Shown: piece by piece, positions 35,095 to 45,370 of the stretch
Layout: every line of letters begins with the position of its first letter
How positions within the stretch are numbered: the stretch's first letter is position 1
IMG/VR virus record: IMGVR_UViG_3300048997_000225
Location: 1 to 64,000 of that record
DNA from: a virus
Direction: 5' to 3' (one strand)
Length of the DNA: 64,000 bases
Notes under the pieces: generated by a model
What the model was told of the DNA's origin: nothing
The model's database searches: none
The model's input: the letters and a program-made list of their open reading frames with translations, nothing else
Position numbers and translations under genes: made by a program

Positions 35095-37945
35095 TCCCGA
35101 TAGACTCTGGAATCAAAATTTGACCTTTTAAATTCATTACGCGCAATGGAACATTTCCTTCAGCTAAAGTGCATACGGCTTTAAGCTTCCTTACCGTATC
35201 TTTTGAAGGGACAGCTTTAAATACCCATCTTAAGATCGCTCCTTCATCGGAAGCGGCAGTGATAACATCTGTGATTTCTGGTTTAACTGAACTGGAAGCA
35301 TCACTGGATTCTGGGATTGAATCTGTAGATGCACCAATATCAATTGATTCTATCTCAGATTCTGTTGATAAAACAGTAGTATCAAGCGAGATATCATCGA
35401 GGTTTAAATCAGAAACAGATATTGATGATTCGGATTGAATGGATATTGAATCTTGAGATATATTTTTAGAATCCGAAGAATTCTCCGATACTAATATCGG
35501 ACTAATATCTTGGATTATAACCGAAGGGGTAGAAGCGCTAGAAGCGCTAGAAGTTGGCATCTCCCACGGAATCCCTTCAAGTTGAGCTTGTTTAATAATA
35601 TCGCTTTGAGCCGGAGTCAGGCGCCAAATATATGACTCCAGAAAATCTGGGATTTTCTGATAAATCCGACCATCTGCAAAATATTGGTCTTTCTTCAATT
35701 TTCCTTTATAACTCCCGTCCGAATCCAAGTCCTTGGGATCGGGTTTTTTACCGTCAACCATTGCGAAATAATCGAATCGTGCTCGCCAATGAATATCAAT
35801 ACCGGGTTCGGTCTCGAGCGGCACCATCCATTGTTTACCATGGACTTTAGGGAGTCGCCATGGCGTGGTCATCCATTCATCCAATTTTCGGACAATTTCC
35901 ATTAAATATTCAGGCTTAATCTCAAATACTACTTCATCATGCACAGTCAATACATATCGAACTCTATCTTTCCATCCCAATTTACGAAGTTGTTTATCAA
36001 CATAACACATCGCTAGCTTCAGAATATCTGCTGAAGTAGCTTGAATCGTATAATTGATGGCGCAGCGTTCTGCTTTTTTCTGGATAGCCCTGATTGGAGA
36101 ATCAATAGTTGGGATAGGAATACGGCGACCAAATGCCGTGTAAATGCATTTATGTTTATGTGCAAATTTCTTTTGATGTTCAACATATCCCATGAGTACA
36201 GGTAAGCCGGATCGCATGTTTTCCATATGCCGGCCCCCATCTTCAATGGAACATCCAACATTCCGTGATATCGCTCCTGCACCCCCACCATAAATAATTG
36301 CAAAATTACTGCGTTTCCCACGATTTCGTTCGTCTTTACTAATTTCGGATTTTTCGTATAAAATCCTGGCAGTAATGGAATGCACATCTCCGTCTTTGTG
36401 CAGAAAAGATTCTGCCCACAGGGGATCGCCTGACATATTAGTAATCACTCGGAGTTCTTCCCCAGAATAATCAATTTTTACCAAAACCCAACCAGGACGG
36501 GGGATGATTACAGTCCTGATTTGTTTAAATAACTCTGGTTTATCATCATCTGAATCGCGTGGAATACCTTGAAAATTGACACCTGAGTATCCGTTTTCGA
36601 TTTTATCTGCTTTACAAGATAATCTTGTTGTATCAGTCCCCATTTGATTAAATGATGGACGTACGTCTCCGTATTTATCATGAGATTGGAAAAGCTTCTC
36701 TATATAAGATCCTTTCATTTTCTCATAATGTCTATATTCTAGAATGAGTTCAAAAATACTCTCGGCTTTAGGCTCTCCATCGGAGACTTCGCGTTTATGA
36801 AGGAATTTGCTGCCATAATGGCGATGCAATGCCTTCATAATTTCATCTTTCAATGAATATGTTTTCTCTTTCCCGTCTCCATCATCTTCATCTGAATCCG
36901 AAGAATCATTATCGAATGATCCTCCATCACCCATTCCAAACATGTCTTGAATGGGCTTTAATTTTATTCCTTCTTGATCTGTAAATAACGCGTCCGAAAG
37001 CTGCGAAGCGGAACCAACATTAAGTGATCGCCATTTGCCGGTTTTGCCAGTTTTAGATTCAATTATGCTCCGAACAATATCACCAGTTTGTTGTAATGCA
37101 GTTTTACATTCTTCATATAATTGAGTGACTCTAGTCACATCAGTATGGACGCGATTGCGTTCCATTTCTCGCATGATGTTACAAAATGATCTTTCGATAT
37201 CATAGATCTTTTCGTAACCTTTGAGCCGTTCAACTAATGCAAAGTATAATTTATATGTAAAAATCCCATCGGAGCAACCGTATTCGAGACCCTCGCGTGG
37301 ATGCAGTAATGAGAAGTTATAACGTTGTTTTTGGCGCTGGAGTTGTTCCTTCTTCTCATCTGTGAACAGTTCGTCGATTTCTATCATATCGACTCCAAAC
37401 AATTGTTTGGAGAGTGGTTTTAAACCAGCCGGAGAACTTTTCAAAGGGCTGATGACTTTAGCCATCAACATAGTATCTTCAAATTGCGAAAGCTTCCAGT
37501 ATTCACGACCAACCAATGGCATGATGAATTCTGCGTCGAATTTTTTGTTATGGAAAATGATTCGACAATTATCAACTAATCGAGTGAGTTCATCCCAAGC
37601 TGGATCCCATGCCAAATTCCCGGAATCTTCAGGTTCATGAGATAATGGAATATAATATCCATTAACCCCATCAAAAGATATGCAAACTCCAACTACTCTA
37701 TCAATTGTGCGGATCCCATTGCGAGTGACGATTCCATCATCAAAAAACTCATCCGAGTAAATTCTGTTATCTACTCCAGTAGTTTCCGTGTCGAGTGAAC
37801 AAATCCCTTTTTTGATGCATATACTAACAAGCCTTTGTAATTCTTCTATAGAATTTATTAAATGGAATTTATAGTCTTTAAACCATTCTCTATGAATGGT
37901 AACTCGATCGTCCATCTGACGGAGAGTTGTTAGTATGTTTAACAT
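35039..37945 (-). CDS. polA: family A DNA polymerase (3'-5' exonuclease plus polymerase, no 5' nuclease) with Ser/Asp-rich C-terminal extension
   Basis: ExoI 'LDTETTG', 'FHNKKFD'; motif A 'IDYSGEELR', motif B 'RNRGKRSNFAIIYG', motif C 'TVHDE'; 'NFQGIPR'. Confidence 0.96.
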   Translation of the reverse strand: MLNILTTLRQMDDRVTIHREWFKDYKFHLINSIEELQRLVSICIKKGICSLDTETTGVDNRIYSDEFFDDGIVTRNGIRTIDRVVGVCISFDGVNGYYIPLSHEPEDSGNLAWDPAWDELTRLVDNCRIIFHNKKFDAEFIMPLVGREYWKLSQFEDTMLMAKVISPLKSSPAGLKPLSKQLFGVDMIEIDELFTDEKKEQLQRQKQRYNFSLLHPREGLEYGCSDGIFTYKLYFALVERLKGYEKIYDIERSFCNIMREMERNRVHTDVTRVTQLYEECKTALQQTGDIVRSIIESKTGKTGKWRSLNVGSASQLSDALFTDQEGIKLKPIQDMFGMGDGGSFDNDSSDSDEDDGDGKEKTYSLKDEIMKALHRHYGSKFLHKREVSDGEPKAESIFELILEYRHYEKMKGSYIEKLFQSHDKYGDVRPSFNQMGTDTTRLSCKADKIENGYSGVNFQGIPRDSDDDKPELFKQIRTVIIPRPGWVLVKIDYSGEELRVITNMSGDPLWAESFLHKDGDVHSITARILYEKSEISKDERNRGKRSNFAIIYGGGAGAISRNVGCSIEDGGRHMENMRSGLPVLMGYVEHQKKFAHKHKCIYTAFGRRIPIPTIDSPIRAIQKKAERCAINYTIQATSADILKLAMCYVDKQLRKLGWKDRVRYVLTVHDEVVFEIKPEYLMEIVRKLDEWMTTPWRLPKVHGKQWMVPLETEPGIDIHWRARFDYFAMVDGKKPDPKDLDSDGSYKGKLKKDQYFADGRIYQKIPDFLESYIWRLTPAQSDIIKQAQLEGIPWEMPTSSASSASTPSVIIQDISPILVSENSSDSKNISQDSISIQSESSISVSDLNLDDISLDTTVLSTESEIESIDIGASTDSIPESSDASSSVKPEITDVITAASDEGAILRWVFKAVPSKDTVRKLKAVCTLAEGNVPLRVMNLKGQILIPESIGTKVHPQKFQFLASLFGLG
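37896..37921. repeat. 26-bp direct repeat, copy 1 (polA 5' end, RQMDDRVTI)
   Basis: ATGGTAACTCGATCGTCCATCTGACG; 25/26 identical to 39359-39384. Confidence 0.9.
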
Positions 37946-39378
37946 GAACTAATCATACAACGGAGTTTCTCGATGATTGCTTTTTTAGATAATTTCAATT
38001 CTTGTTCCGTAATGGTTAAGAATTGATAGCCATTCTTTTGCGCCACAAGAGATTTCCTTTCATCCAAGTTCTTTGCACCTGGCTTATCATGCCACCACTT
38101 ACCATTATATTCTATTAATAAATTTGCTTCAGGAACAAACAGATCATACGCATAACCATCCACTTTATGTTCAAAATATGATTTATATCCTAAATCAGAA
38201 ATAATGGACGCTAAATCACAATTCTTGGATGAAATACGCCATGATGTACATCCGCATGTTAGAGATAATCCTCGTTTTATATCGCTGAATCTTGGGAAAT
38301 ATATATTCTGACAGGCTGGACATATAGCGGCGGCAGGTTTATGATTATAAATCATAGATTCAAGGAAAGATATACCATCTTGTGGTATATCTTGAGTTTG
38401 AATTTTCCCACTCAAAGAACATAATTTATCTTTGTTTCTTATATACCATCCATATATGAGATGACGACATGCTCCACATGTTTTGGTTCGTCCGGCTGAT
38501 ATGGATTTTAGACTTATTGATTTAGATAGTTCACATCGACACTGGAACAAAAGTTTTTGTCTGTCCCATTTACTTATTTCTATATCAGATCCAAGATATA
38601 TGAACCCATTATAAGAATCACCAGTTTTTAAACAAATATAACTACATTTTCCACACCCATTAGCTGTTTGAGCATGACATACTTTCATTAATTTAAGTTT
38701 CCCGCATTTGCACATAAATGGCAGGATTTTATGACTACCGTAGCTTGTTATTATGGATTGACCGATATATCTAAATTCATTAATTGAGTCGCCCGGATTG
38801 AGAGTCAATTTATTGCATGAACCACATGTTACATTATGTCTTAATGTAACATTATTCATACTAATTTTCTTCTCTTTACCACAAGAACATTTGAATAATA
38901 ATTTGGTTGCACTATTAATTTGGATTTCCACAGGTTTTTTTCCAACATAGGAAAATCCCATATATTGTTGTCCAGAGATAAGATTTATGGAATTGCAAGA
39001 CCTGCATCGAACAGTTGATTCCCGTGTAACTGAATCCACTCTTATTGATTTAATTTTCCCGCATTGACATTTAAACAATTTTTTGCATGGTGTATTAGGG
39101 GATACAAATCCATCATCACCCATATATACAAAATTATGATATATTTCCCCATGTTTCAAGAAAATTTTCCTACAATCACCACATGTTTTGGATTTCCTGA
39201 TGGTGATTTGAGAAATATATATTTCTTTTAAATTCCCGCATTGACATTCAAAAAGGATTTTTCGCATGGCTCTGGGGCCAATCGATATCGGGGGTCCTCG
39301 ATAAACGAATCCAAAATAAATGGTTCCGGGAATAAGATTAATTTTCATGTACTCAATGATGGTAACTCTATCGTCCAT
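37939..39378 (-). mobile_element. free-standing putative homing endonuclease: five ~59-aa Zn-ribbon repeats plus C-terminal PD-(D/E)xK (Vsr/DUF559-like) nuclease
   Basis: Repeated 'G..Y..F.Y.G...LF.C.CG..K.I......TCG.C'; 'YDLFVPEANLLIEYNGKWWH'; flanked by a direct repeat. Confidence 0.8.
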
Positions 39379-39384
39379 CTGACG
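39359..39384. repeat. 26-bp direct repeat, copy 2 (endonuclease 5' end)
   Basis: ATGGTAACTCTATCGTCCATCTGACG. Confidence 0.9.
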
Positions 39385-39467
39385 AAGTACGGCGAGCAGT
39401 ATGATGGATCAGTACCCCCAGTCCAGTTAATATGTTATTTTGATCGTACAATTGTAAATTGAATATT

Positions 39468-40529
39468 ATGGACGAAAATCCCTACCATATCTTGGGAGTT
39501 GATAGATCAGCCACCAATGCAGAAATTAAAAAAGCGTTCCGGAGTTTATCATTAAAATATCATCCTGATAAACATAATGGCGACAAAGCGATTGAAAACC
39601 TGTTTAAACAAATTTTGCAAGCATATCAAATTTTGAACGATCCTGAAAAAAAGAAAAAATTTGATAAATCACATCCAAGCCACACATTTTCTGATGTAGA
39701 ATATATGACTAAAGATTATGTCGAACAAATCCTATATCAAACAGGAAGTTCGCAGCATAATAAAAAATCCACAGGGAACCCCAGCACGTATGATTCTACA
39801 ACCAGTATTCACAACGAATCTGGAGGAGATATTGAGCAAGAACTTACGATAACTATTGAAGAATCAATAAGCGGGACAAATCGAGACATCATAACGATGG
39901 GCGGAGACATAATTTGTTGCCTATGTCATGGAAGTCGTAAGGTACCTAATACAACAGTATATCCATGTTCCAGATGTTCAGGGTCTGGAACAACAATAAA
40001 TGTGGTTGGTCAACATGTAACATGTATAATTTGCAAAGGCCATGGTGATTTCCCAATGGTTCCATGTACTCGTTGCAATGGATGGGGTAAAATTCCGTCT
40101 GAAAAGATCGCAAGAATAAGAATCCCTGCTGGTATAGAAGAAAATCAAATACTACGTTTCCGCGGACATGGACATCGGTCAATCAATAGATCTCCTGGAG
40201 ATCTATTGATTACCGTAAGATTCGCTTTACATAATAAATATGTAAAAAACGGATTTGATTTGCATTGTAATTTAGAAATACCCCTTATAAAAGCAATGCA
40301 AAGAGAAGACATGATAATCCAGTCCATTACTGATGATATGATTATGATAGGGATGCCAGATATATTCCAACCCGGAATTACAACCACCAAAATAATAGGG
40401 AAAGGCCTGAAATCCAATAAAGGACAATGCGGTGATTTAATAATCCAATGGAATGTAAAAATCCCGTGCGTTAAAACTGAAAAGTCTAAATTATTATTGC
40501 AACTATTGATGGCTGAAGTTGAAGAATAA
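39468..40529 (+). CDS. dnaJ: DnaJ chaperone
   Basis: 'NPYHILGV', 'YHPDKH', four CxxCxGxG-type repeats, 'RIPAGI', 'PGDLLI'. Confidence 0.93.
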   Translation: MDENPYHILGVDRSATNAEIKKAFRSLSLKYHPDKHNGDKAIENLFKQILQAYQILNDPEKKKKFDKSHPSHTFSDVEYMTKDYVEQILYQTGSSQHNKKSTGNPSTYDSTTSIHNESGGDIEQELTITIEESISGTNRDIITMGGDIICCLCHGSRKVPNTTVYPCSRCSGSGTTINVVGQHVTCIICKGHGDFPMVPCTRCNGWGKIPSEKIARIRIPAGIEENQILRFRGHGHRSINRSPGDLLITVRFALHNKYVKNGFDLHCNLEIPLIKAMQREDMIIQSITDDMIMIGMPDIFQPGITTTKIIGKGLKSNKGQCGDLIIQWNVKIPCVKTEKSKLLLQLLMAEVEE

Positions 40530-40531
40530 TA

Positions 40532-40969
40532 TTAATATACAATAAATACGTATCTACCATCTTTCCATGCATGTACGATTGTGGTACCAATAGAACGTGA
40601 TAGTCCGTTTTCATGTTGAGACTGGGCCTGCCAACATCGCGGAATAGTTTTCTTTTTACGCTTAATGATAGTTGTTGAACATAATTGTCTGTCAGCTTTA
40701 GAACAACTCTGGAGTTCTGAACATGTTGAATAGACAAGTTTAACTAAGCAACCTTGTGGAGGCGTTCGTAATAATTTTTCAAGAGGCTTGGTTCCACCAA
40801 TTTTGGCATCTTGCAAAACATCATGTGGGACTCGAGTACAATGTTGAAGAATATCATCTAACACTATATCAGTCACATCAGATATCATAGTTTGTTGTAT
40901 TTCTGTTACCAGTAAAAGTTCTTGAGTACTTAAAATTAATGAATATTCGAGAACTTCAATCGGTCGCAT
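40532..40969 (-). CDS. hypothetical Cys-containing protein
   Basis: 145-aa ORF coupled to 40956..41597. Confidence 0.6.
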   Translation of the reverse strand: MRPIEVLEYSLILSTQELLLVTEIQQTMISDVTDIVLDDILQHCTRVPHDVLQDAKIGGTKPLEKLLRTPPQGCLVKLVYSTCSELQSCSKADRQLCSTTIIKRKKKTIPRCWQAQSQHENGLSRSIGTTIVHAWKDGRYVFIVY

Positions 40970-41597
40970 TTAAATCCTTTACTTCTTCAACTTCGTTCAT
41001 TAATGAACGAAGTTTATTCAAGATATTCATCATTGCAGGAGTGGATTGATTTTGTAATAAATTCAAATCGTGTTGGACATTATCCAATACTCGACAAAAT
41101 TTAACATATTCAGGCAATGATACTTTATTCCGGATTCGTAATAACTTGTTCTCTAAGATATTCAATACACGAGGTACATCCAACCAAGCTTCAGAAGCAT
41201 AATTCGAAGAACTTTTATCTTTAGGATCTTGAATAGGAGATCCTTCAGGCCGTTTTGGAATTCGTATTCTGAAGCGTCTTTCTAAATCTTTCAAGGCCTC
41301 CATAAATGGGAGGCCTTTTAACATCATATATAACTGAATACTATCCCAGTTAGTATGCTCTTTGAAGCAACGAACATAATCCGATCTTGCACCTTGAGCT
41401 GGATAATATCTAGCACTCGGTCTATTGTCTGGTCCATGTCCCGGATTTGGACATTGAATCTGAATAGCAGTGATTTCATCTACTAACATTCCTCCCAGTC
41501 CATGTTCATGGAGAAGCTGGAATGCAGATACATGATTACGGACTTCGTCAGCTCTCCTACGGATCCAATCTTTGTGAGACGGATTAAGTGGTTCCAT
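40956..41597 (-). CDS. primase CHC2-type zinc-binding domain protein (no TOPRIM domain)
   Basis: 'IQCPNPGH...RPSARYY...RCF...WDSIQLYM...LPFMEALKDL'. Confidence 0.7.
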   Translation of the reverse strand: MEPLNPSHKDWIRRRADEVRNHVSAFQLLHEHGLGGMLVDEITAIQIQCPNPGHGPDNRPSARYYPAQGARSDYVRCFKEHTNWDSIQLYMMLKGLPFMEALKDLERRFRIRIPKRPEGSPIQDPKDKSSSNYASEAWLDVPRVLNILENKLLRIRNKVSLPEYVKFCRVLDNVQHDLNLLQNQSTPAMMNILNKLRSLMNEVEEVKDLNATD

Positions 41598-41753
41598 TCA
41601 TTTTCTGATAGACTTGGACTTTGGTAATACAATAACTTCGACGGGTTTACCTCGAGTGGATTGTATAACTCGGTCTGCAGTTAATAAAGTTGTATGTTTC
41701 GGACTAGATTTATTGGACTCTAAGGATGGGAGTCCAAGATACTTCTTCTTCAT
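41598..41753 (-). CDS. small basic protein (51 aa, below ORF-track cutoff)
   Basis: TAATG-coupled to dnaB; MKKKYLGLPSL...KSIRK-stop directly before the 41597 ATG. Confidence 0.5.
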   Translation of the reverse strand: MKKKYLGLPSLESNKSSPKHTTLLTADRVIQSTRGKPVEVIVLPKSKSIRK

Positions 41754-44572
41754 TATGCTGCTTCTATAATATCGTCAATTCCAAGGGTAATTTGCCTAGC
41801 CGCAGATACCAATTGATCTGTATCCATATCTAACATTCCAGATTCAATGGCCCGCATACGCCGAGATTGCCATAAAATTTTACCTATCATGCGATCAAAT
41901 GGTGGGTTGTCTCGATTTTTGAGACAACCCAAATAAAATTTGCCTTCTTTTCGCAAATTATCATTTAAGTAGGTATATGTAATCACATCTGCTGATTTCT
42001 CACAGTTATGAGATAAGAATCCGCCAGTACAATACTCATGATCGCCTGTGACTTCTAAGTCCCATACCTTTTCATCAGTATATTCCTGGATTCCAGTCAC
42101 TGCAATAAATCGTGTAGTATCAAACCAATTTTTTAAAATATCATAATCATTATTAGTGCCAGCAATCATAGATAGCGTATCAATAATTTCTTGAATGCAT
42201 CCGGTCGTCAATGGTTCGTTATATTCAATATATCTTCCGATTGAATATCGGACTTTTCGAGACCAAGTAATACTTGAATATTCATCGCATAATCTTTTGG
42301 CAATGGAACCTAACGGCCATTGTGTGAAATCACCAGCCTTTTCTGAATCTTGCATGTGATTTACAATTTCACATAATCTTTGTTGTTTATATGGCTCAGT
42401 GAACCCAATTAAATCAAGAAATAGACTCCGAGATTCTCGAGAACGGATTCGTAACACCCAAGAAGGAAATAAATGATCATCCAATTTATTCCACTTCCAA
42501 TATAATGTTGAGTCTATCCCTAAATTAGATAGTAATAATTGGATTTGTCGCAATGTTTTTTCATTTTCGGCTTTCTGATTTACCGATATAATTCCTTGAT
42601 TATTGATACGTCCATTAGTATCAAAAAAGCCTTTCAGAAATGATACTATCATATTCCTTGGAGCAGATAATATACAATCCGGGAGTCCGGGATTTCTATC
42701 TATTCCGACGTCGTTAAACCATCTTGATAAAGCTTTATCAAGATGGTTTAAGTCTGTTGTAGATGATATAAAAGGTGGTTGAGCCACATAAAATGGACTA
42801 CCAAATGAATTTTCAAGAGAATTCTGTAATTTATCCAAAACATGAACTTCGTTGCGATTTAGTATAAATCCGATTAATGAAATGATATTAGTGTGTTTGC
42901 CATCTCCATAGAAAGCTCCTATGATATAGGATAGATCTTCCGTGAGATATTCAGGGACTCTTAGTTGAATCCCGTTCCCCATTATTGATTTTTCTCCTTT
43001 ACCAAAATCTAATTCTGGTAATCGAATCGAATCGACAGGGAATGGAGAAGTCCCGAAATCCGAAATCAAAAACATTCCGGGTTGGAGATCTTTCACATAT
43101 ATCCATTCTTCTTGACCATCACGCATAACTCGCAATCTATGCGAAGATGTTAGTCTGCATTCAATTCCTCTATCAGTTGTTACTCTAAACGTTCGCTTTG
43201 CTCCATTATCATATTTTCCGATCACGCCTTTCCAACCAGTTTTGCTCCATACTAAATCTTCACCTGGTTGAATATTTTCAATAGGAACAAGACCACGTTG
43301 GGTTTTTATCAATGTTCCTTCAGCACAGCATTCATTGGCGTAGGAAATTGCGGATATGTCATATCTCCCATCATTCTTATCAGCTCTCAATTTACCTTGT
43401 CGATTCATTTGAAATAATGCAAGCACTGGGACCGATCGACCTCGGCCGAAATTGAGAGCCATGAGTCTACCATCTCGGACAACATCATTTAAGCTGGATA
43501 CGGTATCCGTGTAACGACGTTTAGTTTTCACAAGTCCGAGATGATCAATAACTATTCCATCACATCCGTATTTGTTATGGAACATTTCAGCTTTGCGCCG
43601 AATATCTTCGATAGAAACATGGTCTGATGGCCGCCAAATATAAGGTTTCCCTCTGGCAGTCGCTTTGAAATCTTGAGCTACGATTTTAAAACGCTCCCGA
43701 TTTCTGGGAGAAAGCTCGCCATCGCGAACTTGTCTGTAATCCAATCCTGTATATCCGTCTTCACTATTCCATTCGGTTACAAATTTACCATGCGAAGAAT
43801 GTATTACATACAGTTGTCGGCGAAGTTGCGAATATGGCATTTCCAAAATGGCATAAAAAATATTCTTGCCATATACCATAATGTTGTTATACATATAATT
43901 CAATGACAAGGAAGTCTTAAGTTCACCTGGAAAAGCGCAATGGATCCAATATTCGCCTTTACGATGACCTTTACAAACTGCGTCAATTGGTTCTAGTCCA
44001 AATAAATTTCTATGCGAATATTTATTGGTCTTCTCAATGATGTCATATTCATTTATGATTTCATCTGCATCTTCTGATGAAACGCCTTCGAGTTTCTCGC
44101 CACCTTCTACCCAAGCAAATTCATGGAGCCGTTCATATAGAAAGTTAACTGCATCAGCCGCGCCACGTAAGCTGATTTTCTTCCCAAAACCTGCATCAAG
44201 CACACGCCCATGTTCAGCAATCGAAGAAGCATCTCTGCACAACAAAATCATGCGCTTGGTTTGTTGTTGTTCTTGTTCATGGCGAAGAATCGATAGATAG
44301 TTGGTACGAATATAAAATTGTGATTTGGAAATCTCAGTCAGTCGTTCTACAGTCTCAATATCATCTAATTTTTCAAAATAATCTTTGGCTAACCCCATAT
44401 CGGGCGGAGCCGACATTTGATTATAAAATGTCTCCAAATATTTATGGATTTTTTGATTTTCTTCGGTATAATACTCAAGCGGATATTCTTGTAATTTCAA
44501 CCAATTATTATATGCTTCTTCAGTTTCCGGTTGCCCACCGACTTGGAAGACGCTTCTTAAGATGCGATCCAT
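41753..44572 (-). CDS. dnaB: DnaB-like replicative helicase, intein-containing
   Basis: Walker A-like 'AFPGELKTS', 'LEMP', 'IVIDHLGL', 'FQMNRQG', 'EKSAD', 'KNRD'. Confidence 0.9.
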   Translation of the reverse strand: MDRILRSVFQVGGQPETEEAYNNWLKLQEYPLEYYTEENQKIHKYLETFYNQMSAPPDMGLAKDYFEKLDDIETVERLTEISKSQFYIRTNYLSILRHEQEQQQTKRMILLCRDASSIAEHGRVLDAGFGKKISLRGAADAVNFLYERLHEFAWVEGGEKLEGVSSEDADEIINEYDIIEKTNKYSHRNLFGLEPIDAVCKGHRKGEYWIHCAFPGELKTSLSLNYMYNNIMVYGKNIFYAILEMPYSQLRRQLYVIHSSHGKFVTEWNSEDGYTGLDYRQVRDGELSPRNRERFKIVAQDFKATARGKPYIWRPSDHVSIEDIRRKAEMFHNKYGCDGIVIDHLGLVKTKRRYTDTVSSLNDVVRDGRLMALNFGRGRSVPVLALFQMNRQGKLRADKNDGRYDISAISYANECCAEGTLIKTQRGLVPIENIQPGEDLVWSKTGWKGVIGKYDNGAKRTFRVTTDRGIECRLTSSHRLRVMRDGQEEWIYVKDLQPGMFLISDFGTSPFPVDSIRLPELDFGKGEKSIMGNGIQLRVPEYLTEDLSYIIGAFYGDGKHTNIISLIGFILNRNEVHVLDKLQNSLENSFGSPFYVAQPPFISSTTDLNHLDKALSRWFNDVGIDRNPGLPDCILSAPRNMIVSFLKGFFDTNGRINNQGIISVNQKAENEKTLRQIQLLLSNLGIDSTLYWKWNKLDDHLFPSWVLRIRSRESRSLFLDLIGFTEPYKQQRLCEIVNHMQDSEKAGDFTQWPLGSIAKRLCDEYSSITWSRKVRYSIGRYIEYNEPLTTGCIQEIIDTLSMIAGTNNDYDILKNWFDTTRFIAVTGIQEYTDEKVWDLEVTGDHEYCTGGFLSHNCEKSADVITYTYLNDNLRKEGKFYLGCLKNRDNPPFDRMIGKILWQSRRMRAIESGMLDMDTDQLVSAARQITLGIDDIIEAA
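42005..43330 (-). mobile_element. intein (442 aa) with LAGLIDADG homing endonuclease
   Basis: N-terminus 'CCAEGTLI', block B 'LTSSHRL', 'YIIGAFYGDG', 'FLKGFFDTNG', block F 'VWDLEV', C-terminus 'LSHN|C'. Confidence 0.93.
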
Positions 44573-44575
44573 GAC

Positions 44576-45370
44576 TTACTGCCTTTTCTTCCTAGAAACT
44601 GCTATTCCAGATCCATAAATATTCATCGGACTGGACTCGGAATCATCATCTGGAACGGATAGAATCTTCTTGGATGGAACCGAATCTTTAGATTGTATTG
44701 ATCTTTGTTTTTTAGCCGGTCTACTCTCTGGATCCATATATACTGGAGCGGCATCGATGTTGGATATTGTAGCATGTATAATCGGTGGAATAATCATTCG
44801 TTCCATCCCAGTACATAATAATTCCCATACTGAATCGGAATAAGCAAAACTGGCCGAATTGAATTGATTATTATTGTCGCTGATAGCCCATGTTACTTTA
44901 TCGTAATCTAGACGGTGTGAAAGAGCTTCTTCTAAAGCTCCAGCCGCCGCTTTATTTTTATATGATAATTTATTGAGCCTGATGATAACTATATCTGGAT
45001 TAAACATTAAATCATATACACTATTATATATATCACCAACAAAATCATCAGTGCGAGATGATTTGGATCGCTTACCTAAATATACATCAATAATATCTAA
45101 ATCACTGGTCAATTTGATGAATTTGGTCGGATATTTAATATATAATAATTTAAGAAAAGCTTTCATATCTTCCCAGTTCACTGTCAAGAACAATGACTGA
45201 TTGATTCTATTTATCAAATCATGCTGAGCATGTTTTTTATTTACAGTTGCCTTCCGAACATAAGGAGGCATAGCATTAGAAATGCGCCTTAAGAATGCAC
45301 ATTTGCATTCATATAATTTCCCATCTCGCTCAATAACTCCAACATCGGAGCATAATTTGCATTTGGTCAT
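44576..45370 (-). CDS. DnaC/DnaI-like helicase loader, degenerate ATPase
   Basis: N-terminal 'CKLCSDVG...ECKC'; 'LSHRLDYDKVTWAIS'; adjacent to dnaB; no GxxxxGKT. Confidence 0.55.
   Translation of the reverse strand: MTKCKLCSDVGVIERDGKLYECKCAFLRRISNAMPPYVRKATVNKKHAQHDLINRINQSLFLTVNWEDMKAFLKLLYIKYPTKFIKLTSDLDIIDVYLGKRSKSSRTDDFVGDIYNSVYDLMFNPDIVIIRLNKLSYKNKAAAGALEEALSHRLDYDKVTWAISDNNNQFNSASFAYSDSVWELLCTGMERMIIPPIIHATISNIDAAPVYMDPESRPAKKQRSIQSKDSVPSKKILSVPDDDSESSPMNIYGSGIAVSRKKRQ

Noticed and set aside
37922-39384. Group I intron in polA
   Set aside because: The ORF fills almost the whole interval, leaving no room for a ribozyme core, and polA has its own start downstream.
41713-41737. TTGGACTC…GAGTCCAA hairpin as a terminator
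   Set aside because: Lies inside a probable small coupled CDS (41598..41753) and has no T-tract.
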